Shown here piece by piece: positions 8,700 to 15,660 of a stretch of DNA of 64,000 nt. Below the pieces are notes generated by a model that saw nothing but the letters and a program-made list of their open reading frames with translations, was not told the DNA's origin and did not search any database. The first letter of the stretch is position 1, and each line of letters opens with the position of its first letter. The position numbers and the translations under genes were made by a program. Source of the DNA: an uncultured Clostridia bacterium (GTDB lineage: Bacteria; Bacillota; Clostridia; Oscillospirales; CAG-272); contig CALWQR010000001.1 in NCBI GenBank assembly GCA_944383705.1, forward strand, positions 18,718 through 82,717, given 5' to 3'.

Positions 8700-9080
8700 T
8701 TCCCGCCCCACTGCCCCGCGCGGTTGATGTGGGGCTTTCTGCCCGTTGTCCTGTGCAGTTGATGGGGGAATCCCGCCCCATTCTACCGCGCGGCCGATGG
8801 AGGATGCCTGCCCGTTGTCCCGTGCAGTTAATGGGGGAATCCCGCCCCATTCTACCGCGCAGCCGATGGGGGATTCCTGCCTGTTGTCCCGTGCAGTTGA
8901 TGGGGGAATCCCGCCCCATTCTACCGTGCAGCCAATGGGGATTCCTGCCTGTTGTTCCGCACGACCGATGGAGGATTCCCGCCTGTTACCCCACATAGTT
9001 GACCGAGGGATTCCCTGCCTGTTGTCCTACGTGGTTGACTGGAGGAAATCTCCGCCTGTTGTTTTGCGCGGTTGAGAACT
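8700..9080. repeat. Degenerate tandem repeat array: 69-bp period built from two ~34-35-bp half-units, about 11 half-units in total
   Basis: CTGCC(C/T)GTTGTCC starts recur at 8739, 8808, 8877 and 8945. Half-unit consensus is about CYGCCYNTTGTNCCGYGCRGYYGATGGRGGAWTC. Three near-identical full units are followed by decaying half-units out to about 9075. Confidence 0.85.
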
Positions 9081-9263
9081 TCCCTGCACCTCCCCCGCTA
9101 CCAATGAAATGACCGCGGGCACGCCCCCTTCAGACGGGCACAGAAGCCAACAGACAGAGGTGCCTCTCACTACGGGACCCACCAGCAAAAAGCCGGTTCC
9201 CCGTGCGCCGGCGGGATGCCAAAGCCAACGGAATTGCATTCCTCCATCAATACCACCACCCTC

Positions 9264-9312
9264 ATACAAAAGCCCGCCCCGGATGCGCTTTGCACATCCG
9301 GGGCGGGGCTGC
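9264..9312 (-). terminator. Palindromic repeat copy 1; rho-independent terminator of gene 9373..11433
   Basis: CCCGCCCCGGATGCGC-TTT-GCACATCCGGGGCGGGG. On the minus strand the single mismatch becomes a G-U pair and the stem is followed by CTTTTG. The same ~40-bp core recurs at 18707-18746. Confidence 0.75.
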
Positions 9313-9372
9313 TGTATGTGTCTGCCGGGCAGGAGGCAGCCGATCAGATTTTTTCTCCGGGGGGGGCTCCGT

Positions 9373-11433
9373 CTACTCCAGTTCGATGGTCACCTCACCG
9401 TCCTTGGCCACATACAGGAACCGGATGATTCCCTGCTCCTGAAGCTGAAGGATGACTTTGGATGTAGGATAACCGGTAACGGTATCCCAGCGGGACTGCT
9501 CCACCGGCCACAGGGCAATCTCCGGCAGTACAGCATTGTAAATTTCCACCGAGCCGCCGTTCCAGCCGTGGTGCGCCACCTGAAGGATATCGCTTTTCAG
9601 CTCACTGCCATATAGACCGTATATGACCTTGACCCCGCTGTCGCGCGCAGCCACAGTACTGACATCGGCCAGAAACAGGATGCGCTGACCGGCAATATTG
9701 ACACGGAACACCGTGGAGGTATCGTTCATATCGGTCAGAACATACGGGTGAAGGGTCTCATGCGTGTACAGAATTTCGACCTCTGCATTGCGGACCCAGA
9801 AACGCTGTCCGGCATGAACCTTGTACACACTGACATCGGAATACTTTGCAAAAGAAGAGAGCATCGCACTGTAATACGAACCGATTCCCTCAAATTCGCA
9901 TGGATCTGCAAAGTTCCAGTAAACCGCCTCCAACGTAACCATGCCTGCATATCTGACCGTAAAATCCAGGTAATTGGTCACATGGTCATAGTGCTCATGC
10001 GTGAACAGCCAACCTGCAATGACAATCTGCCCGTCCGCGCGTTTGTTGTGCGCCCGAAGATAGTTATACAGAACGGTTTCATCTTCTCCGGCACTGCCGC
10101 CGCCATCGATGATGAAAAAGCTCCCATCCTCCAGAGTGAAAATGTACCCCATACCGAAATTGCCGGCCTCATCATCCAGACTGAGTTGCCCCAGCGTACT
10201 GGCAGTGATTGCTTCGGTTTCGGTATAGGAAGCGGCAGGCAACGCAGCCGCGGTTTCCGATGTCACCCGCAAGCTGCCGTCCCATGGAAAATAGCTGACA
10301 GATACCGCTCGGTTTTCCTGTGTATATACGGCAAACAGATTATTGCCGATGCGATTGGTCTGATATTCGGAAAATCCGGCGTCTTTGAGCCGGCCGAGAT
10401 AAGCTTCAAAGTCCGAAGCAACCGCGCCGGTGTAAACGGCGGTCAGCGTATCGTTCAGCCCACGGTAGGCCGAGGATAGTGTCAGCGCCGGCTCCGGCAG
10501 ATTCTCAAAATCCGGGCGTATGCTCCCCTGCTCCGATGCAAAAGCCGGAATGCTGATCTCTCCCCCGGATTGGTTTCTTTCCAGAATATCCAGAAAAGCC
10601 TCTACCGCCTGCCCGATGCCCGCCAGCGACCAGGCGTTGAGGATAATCCGATTACCGGAGCAGGCCACAACATAGCCGTCCGGCGGTACTCCCTCGAGAG
10701 CCGCAGCGGACTCGGGACGGTTGGTGTGCCCCAGCAGGATCTCACAGGCCTGTGGGTCGGTCGCGTCGGTAAAGGTATCCAGATCTACGGAAGGCGCCGC
10801 GCCGGAATATTCCCGGATGCTTTCCCGCAGCTGCATTCCCAAATCAATGGTATAATCCGATGAATTGGTCTGCCGGATGATGGTATAATCGGTTTTCCCG
10901 TTGGCTGCCAGCGTCAGCAGGCGGTACGGATCGCTGAACACCGGAGCGTTCAACTGTACCGTTGGCGTAGCGCTGCCCTGCAGCAAATGTTCGACAAAAT
11001 AGGCAACGGCATCGGACAGAAAGCCGTCCCGTGTGGCGGCAATCACCACCTTGTGCTCGGTGAAGCTGATGGCATACCCCTCCCCGATGATTTGTGAGAG
11101 CAGGTCCGCGCTCTCGGCGCGGTTGGTGTTGCCAATCAGGATTTCTCTGGCGGTCGGATCATACTCCCCCTCCCGGTACCAGTCATCGCTGACCTCCGGC
11201 GTCACGCCGATACCGATCAGTGCGCTGCGCAGCTCAGCTACGGCTGCCAGGCAATCCTGCGAGGTGCTCTCGGGCCGAACAATGCAATACTCCGATAAAT
11301 TCACCGTAGCCATCAAAGCATCCCCGGGGTTCTCCCGGTCCGATTGACAGGACGGCAGCAAAGCCCCCAGTATCAACAGCAGCGCCAGCAGTCCAAAGAC
11401 CGGATGAAGACGTTGTTTGCGCTTCAATTGCAT
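9373..11433 (-). CDS. Lipoprotein with duplicated N-terminal module and a C-terminal ComEC/Rec2-type MBL-fold metallo-hydrolase domain
   Basis: True start MQLKRKQRLHPVFGLLALLLILGALLPSC (ATG 11433; a TTG 6 nt downstream is also possible). Two related ~110-aa modules (..EILIGNTNRAES.. / ..EILLGHTNRPES..). MBL motifs FTHEHYDHV and LQVAHHGWNGGS. Confidence 0.75.
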   Translation of the reverse strand: MQLKRKQRLHPVFGLLALLLILGALLPSCQSDRENPGDALMATVNLSEYCIVRPESTSQDCLAAVAELRSALIGIGVTPEVSDDWYREGEYDPTAREILIGNTNRAESADLLSQIIGEGYAISFTEHKVVIAATRDGFLSDAVAYFVEHLLQGSATPTVQLNAPVFSDPYRLLTLAANGKTDYTIIRQTNSSDYTIDLGMQLRESIREYSGAAPSVDLDTFTDATDPQACEILLGHTNRPESAAALEGVPPDGYVVACSGNRIILNAWSLAGIGQAVEAFLDILERNQSGGEISIPAFASEQGSIRPDFENLPEPALTLSSAYRGLNDTLTAVYTGAVASDFEAYLGRLKDAGFSEYQTNRIGNNLFAVYTQENRAVSVSYFPWDGSLRVTSETAAALPAASYTETEAITASTLGQLSLDDEAGNFGMGYIFTLEDGSFFIIDGGGSAGEDETVLYNYLRAHNKRADGQIVIAGWLFTHEHYDHVTNYLDFTVRYAGMVTLEAVYWNFADPCEFEGIGSYYSAMLSSFAKYSDVSVYKVHAGQRFWVRNAEVEILYTHETLHPYVLTDMNDTSTVFRVNIAGQRILFLADVSTVAARDSGVKVIYGLYGSELKSDILQVAHHGWNGGSVEIYNAVLPEIALWPVEQSRWDTVTGYPTSKVILQLQEQGIIRFLYVAKDGEVTIELE

Positions 11434-11497
11434 CCTCCTTCCATAGTCCCGCGGGCAAAAGCCCGCGGGAAAGAACCAAGCAAGCGACGTTGGCCTG

Positions 11498-14212
11498 TTA
11501 TTGCTTTTGCTGGTCAAAATCGGCCAGCAAATCATCGAGCTTTTCTTCAATGGTGCCGCCAAACACCCGATAAATGCTGCCGAGATTAGCCGAAGCCGCC
11601 TGATTGTATCCGGCCAGCATATTGCGGATCTTGTGCAGCGGGTCCTCAATGGAAGCCCCGTACAGTGAGCCGAAATCGTACGCGATGGAATCGATAATCA
11701 TATCAAACAGTTCACCTGTGATGTCAGAGCTGGCGTAACGGACCTTGTAGGCCAGTTCATGATAGACCGGGCGTACATCCCGATAGGAGTACTCGGACAT
11801 CACCTCCAGCGTAGCAGTTGCCAATCCGAGATCTGCGCCGATGTTATAGGGCATAGAAACAATGCTGTAGGCATCCTGCGGCGTGGTGGCATAGCCTTCC
11901 TGCCCGGAGTTCAGCTTGGGCAGAGGAAGAATGCCATAGTGCAACGTGACATCGGTGGCAAATGTCTTTGCCGATTCCAACAGACCGAATTCCAGCATAC
12001 AACGACCGTTATAAAACACCTCATCCGAAAAATAGTTTGTAGTGGTGCCATAATACTCGTCGTTGGCTGTAGTACCGCGGTACAAGCCATCGCTTTGATA
12101 TATGAAGTCAAACAGCTCGGAAAAGGCATTGGTATACTGCGGCTCCTGAAAAGCCACCTGAATGTTGCCGTCCGCGGTCTTTTCCACCAGCGGAATCCCT
12201 ACCGCCATCAACATCGCATCAACGCACATCGACCCATTGTTGAATACCATCCCGTACAGGTCGCCCCCGCTTTGCTCACCATCGCGGTCAACATCATCGT
12301 ACACATCGTGAATCAGCTCCTGCACATATTCCAGGGTCCAGTTTCCATCCCGCACCACGGCGTACAGATCGCTCAATCCGTTGGTATAATCGGGATGATA
12401 GTCACCAAACAGGTCCTCGTTGAAAAAGGTCACAACCGAACGGTCGGTTGCCGTCAGCGTCACATCCCCCACAATAAAGTACAGCAGACCGTTGTAGCTG
12501 CACTCCTGTACAAAGGACTGATTGTACCAGGGCAGCTCGGTGGAAATATAATTGGCGGAATCGACGGTATTGAGATTGTAATAGAGGTTTTCGGCCGCCA
12601 ATGCCGAGCCGTAATAAGCATAGGTGGTGATGATATCGTAATACGGGCCGCCCATAATGGAGGTGCGCACGGTATTGAGGTACTCGGTAGATGCGTTGGT
12701 GCTGTTGGAGACAAAGTCCAGAGTCACACCCAGGCGGGCCTGCACGTTCTCGTTTCTTTCAAACACCTCATTGTCAATCAGGGCACCCGAGTATTCGGCG
12801 TCAAATTCCTCCTTGAAGTCTTCCCGGATCAGGATACTGACCGTTTCTCCGGGAAACATCAGGTCATCCGGAACCTTGGATTCCGGCATGGGCTCACCAC
12901 TCTCCGCGGACGTCTGCGCAGGAGAGGTCGGGCCCCCCTGCCCGCTGTCGCCTCCGCTGTTCCGGACCGCTGCCGAAATACCGACAATACACCCGACAAG
13001 AATCGCCAAAGCCAGCACACCGGCCACAATTCGGACCACCAGTTTGCCAATGCGCACAATGACCACAACGGCCGCGGCCACGGCAGCAATCATGACAATT
13101 GCCAGCACCACAATCAGAACCGTGTTGGGCTTTTGCGGCTCGGCGGGCGTCTCCCCGTTGCCGGAGAGTTCCCCGGTAGGGGTCGGCGGCACTGTGGTGA
13201 CCTCATCGGAGGGCTCCTCGGTCGGCTGCGGCCCCTCTCCCGTATCCGCATCCGTCTCCTCACCGGAGGGATCGTCCCCGCCGGGATCATCCGGCTGCAG
13301 TGTGGAGGGGATGCTCATGTCATATTCCGGAACGTTCCCTTCTGCGTCGGCCAGCGCCAGCACCGGATAACCGCCAAAATCGGAATTGCCCTGGGAGAGA
13401 GCAAAATTTTTGTAAGCATCCGTGTAATTGTAAAAATACATCTTGCCGTTTTCCAGATAATTTCCAATGGAAATGCGGAAGCTCATCTGGTACCCGGCCT
13501 CGGGTGCAAATACCGGATATCGCTCCTGAATGCAGCTCCAAGGAATGGCTATCTCCATCTGCCAGCCATCGTCGGTCAGCGCTGCGGCGCATTGCACACC
13601 CTCGGGCAGGTCCACATAGCTTTTGGCCGAGAGAGTGGGGTAGGTCATGCGCAGCTGAATCGCGCCGTTTGGCTGAGCCCCGTCATCGGCCAGCGTGGTA
13701 TAAAACTGCCAGATGTCCCCGTCCGCCTCACTCAGACAGAGAGATTCCAGCGGCTGAATGCCAAAAATGGCGCCTTCTGCTTTGGACCACGGCAGTGCGG
13801 CAGAGGTGCCGCCGGGGGTGGCAGGCGATTCGTAATAAACAAAATCGTCCACCCGGCTGTCCAGAATATACAACGCGTTTTCGTCCCACAGGAAACGGAG
13901 CGTTGCCTTGTTTCCCTCAGGCCATGCCTTGGTCTCATCGGTGCAAAGTCCGCCGTATTCGGTCAGAACTGCCTGCAGCTCGGGGTCGGCAGGGTCATAG
14001 ACCAGCACAGAGGCGTTCTGCCATTCTTCATCGGTTACGCTACCGTCAACGGTCGGAGCGGTCTCGGTATACACCGCGGTCCACTGAACATCGGTCAGCC
14101 AATAATCCTCAATTGTAGGGGACGCTTCCTCTGCCGATACCGGCAGAAGCGCCAGCGCGGTCAGCAGAACCGCAAGCAGCAGGGTCAGACAGCTTGATTT
14201 TCTATGTTTCAT
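11498..14212 (-). CDS. Surface protein: signal peptide, CBM9-like domain, acidic/Pro-rich linker, two hydrophobic helices, then a solute-binding-protein domain
   Basis: MKHRKSSCLTLLLAVLLTALALLPVSA. CBM9-like APTVDGSVTDEEWQNAS..ATLRFLWDENALYILD. VLIVVLAIVMIAAVAAAVVVIV-RIGKLVVR-IVAGVLALAILVGC. The C-terminal half aligns with SBP 3749..5239 (NENVQARLGVTLDF, ELPWYNQSF, FFNEDLFGDY). Confidence 0.8.
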   Translation of the reverse strand: MKHRKSSCLTLLLAVLLTALALLPVSAEEASPTIEDYWLTDVQWTAVYTETAPTVDGSVTDEEWQNASVLVYDPADPELQAVLTEYGGLCTDETKAWPEGNKATLRFLWDENALYILDSRVDDFVYYESPATPGGTSAALPWSKAEGAIFGIQPLESLCLSEADGDIWQFYTTLADDGAQPNGAIQLRMTYPTLSAKSYVDLPEGVQCAAALTDDGWQMEIAIPWSCIQERYPVFAPEAGYQMSFRISIGNYLENGKMYFYNYTDAYKNFALSQGNSDFGGYPVLALADAEGNVPEYDMSIPSTLQPDDPGGDDPSGEETDADTGEGPQPTEEPSDEVTTVPPTPTGELSGNGETPAEPQKPNTVLIVVLAIVMIAAVAAAVVVIVRIGKLVVRIVAGVLALAILVGCIVGISAAVRNSGGDSGQGGPTSPAQTSAESGEPMPESKVPDDLMFPGETVSILIREDFKEEFDAEYSGALIDNEVFERNENVQARLGVTLDFVSNSTNASTEYLNTVRTSIMGGPYYDIITTYAYYGSALAAENLYYNLNTVDSANYISTELPWYNQSFVQECSYNGLLYFIVGDVTLTATDRSVVTFFNEDLFGDYHPDYTNGLSDLYAVVRDGNWTLEYVQELIHDVYDDVDRDGEQSGGDLYGMVFNNGSMCVDAMLMAVGIPLVEKTADGNIQVAFQEPQYTNAFSELFDFIYQSDGLYRGTTANDEYYGTTTNYFSDEVFYNGRCMLEFGLLESAKTFATDVTLHYGILPLPKLNSGQEGYATTPQDAYSIVSMPYNIGADLGLATATLEVMSEYSYRDVRPVYHELAYKVRYASSDITGELFDMIIDSIAYDFGSLYGASIEDPLHKIRNMLAGYNQAASANLGSIYRVFGGTIEEKLDDLLADFDQQKQ

Positions 14213-14245
14213 GATTCATCCTTTCCCAGGCTATGCCTGTGTTCA

Positions 14246-15427
14246 TCAGAGTTCAACCGAAATGTCATCCTCCCAGGCGATGTGAAACCGTCTCTTTTGC
14301 GCAGTCATTTCCTGTACCATCACCTGTGTGGCAGGAAAGCTCTGGATGCGCTCCCAGTCCCGCTTCCGCAGCGGCCACAGCACATCCGGCGCGTTCACAA
14401 ACGGATAAAATGCAAGTGCCTCGGTATCCCAGCCATGGTGCGCAGCCTGATACCAGTCGCTTTTGAGATAGTCGCCATAACGCCCGGCCAACATACGGCA
14501 AGCCTTGCCGCAGCTCAGGTCGGCCGGAAAAAAGAGTTTTTTGCCCCGGACGGTAACCAATGTCACCATGGAGCAGTCGTTCATAGCGAGCGGGCCGTGC
14601 GGATAAAGATCCTCGTGTGTGTACAGTATTTCCACACTGGCCGTCCCCACGGTAAAGCGCTGCCCTGTGTGCGGTTTGTAAACCGCCGCTTGCGGCAGAT
14701 GCGTATGCAGCTCGTTGAGCCATAGCCCGCGGGCGGTGGCCAGACTGCCGATTTCCCGATACTGAATCGGAACCGAAAGTGATGGAAAATTGTACAGCAG
14801 ACAGCGCACATCGGTCATGCCGCCGTATTTTTTTGCAAACTGTACGGGGCCGGATACATGATCCCAATGCGGATGGGTCAGGATCCAGGCATCCACCACC
14901 GGCCGCTCACCGGGCGGCGTATCCCGGCAGAGGCACTGCCATAGCCGATCGTGATCGTTGCCGGCGTCCCCGTTGCCGTCGTAAATCAGGAAATGGCCCT
15001 GACCGAGTGAAAACACATAGCACATGCCGAAGTTTGCCGCCGTATCATCCGGACAGACCTGTGTCAGGGTGACTCCTGCGGATTCGGTCGGAGCATCTCC
15101 CAATCGCTCCGGCATGGGCCCCCCCTGGCAGTAAAGCACCCGCAGGGAGTGCTCCGAGGGAAAGCAGCCAAGGACGGTATAAACCTCCTTGCCGTCCTGC
15201 CAGGACGAAAAGCAGCAAAAGAGATTTCCGGCAGCCGAGCGCTCCCACAGCAGTTCTCCACCGGCAAGCAGCTCCTGTCGCAGCTGTCCGTATTCGGTCG
15301 GGCCGCCAGGCAGTACGGTTGCAAATACACCGTCGCCGCAGTCGTATACCGGTCGTTCCCGCAAGCGCGAGAGCTGCCGCACCGTGGCCAGCAGACGGCG
15401 ATATCCATTGATTGCATTGCGTTGCAT
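14246..15427 (-). CDS. ComEC/Rec2-type MBL-fold metallo-hydrolase (no signal peptide seen), paralog of the C-terminal half of 9373..11433
   Basis: Motifs ILTHPHWDHVSG and YQAAHHGWDTEA, plus shared blocks ANFGMCYVF / GNFGMGYIF and VEILYTHE in both. The start is ambiguous: ATG 15427 (MQRNAING) or TTG 15511. Confidence 0.75.
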   Translation of the reverse strand: MQRNAINGYRRLLATVRQLSRLRERPVYDCGDGVFATVLPGGPTEYGQLRQELLAGGELLWERSAAGNLFCCFSSWQDGKEVYTVLGCFPSEHSLRVLYCQGGPMPERLGDAPTESAGVTLTQVCPDDTAANFGMCYVFSLGQGHFLIYDGNGDAGNDHDRLWQCLCRDTPPGERPVVDAWILTHPHWDHVSGPVQFAKKYGGMTDVRCLLYNFPSLSVPIQYREIGSLATARGLWLNELHTHLPQAAVYKPHTGQRFTVGTASVEILYTHEDLYPHGPLAMNDCSMVTLVTVRGKKLFFPADLSCGKACRMLAGRYGDYLKSDWYQAAHHGWDTEALAFYPFVNAPDVLWPLRKRDWERIQSFPATQVMVQEMTAQKRRFHIAWEDDISVEL

Positions 15428-15519
15428 AGCCAAGCCTTTCTGTATCCGATAAAATTTCCGATAATACCGGACGGAACGCAGGGCAGCCGCCCCGTCCGGC
15501 AGAGCAATCAAAGCCTGAA

Positions 15520-15648
15520 TCAGGTAAACTCCTGTCCGCCAAGATCAAATTCCAGTCCGGAGCCCCCCTTCGTGACACTGATGGTCAGCAAATCGGAATC
15601 CGGCAGAAATTCCAGTTTCAATTCGGGCTGAAAATATATGTTTTTCAT
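15520..15648 (-). CDS. Candidate 42-aa small protein
   Basis: My translation: MKNIYFQPELKLEFLPDSDLLTISVTKGGSGLEFDLGGQEFT. ATG 15648 is preceded by GGAGGG at 6 nt. TGA stop at 15522..15520. It fills the gap between two operon genes. Below the ORF-track length cutoff. Confidence 0.4.
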   Translation of the reverse strand: MKNIYFQPELKLEFLPDSDLLTISVTKGGSGLEFDLGGQEFT

Positions 15649-15660
15649 CGCTTTCCCTCC

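Noticed and set aside
8112-9075. Track ORFs running through the tandem array on both strands (8112..8996 -, 8353..8919 -, 8489..8998 +, 8746..9075 +) with repeating GGIPP.STA-type peptides
   Set aside because: They stay open only because the 69-bp period is a multiple of three. No RBS or promoter fits. Four mutually overlapping frames cannot all be real. Composition is that of translated GC-rich repeat DNA. One of them also overlaps the well-supported XRE-S24 gene.
8700-9080. Possible CRISPR array (regular ~35/69-bp periodicity, hairpin-forming units)
   Set aside because: Every segment is itself part of the repeat, with no unique spacers between conserved repeats. The units decay gradually like a minisatellite. 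No cas genes or leader are present in the window.
7339-9300. Prophage remnant suggested by the CI-like XRE-S24 repressor
   Set aside because: There are no other phage-type genes (integrase, Cro/antirepressor, structural or lysis genes) on either side within the window. It is kept only as a stand-alone regulatory pair in the findings.
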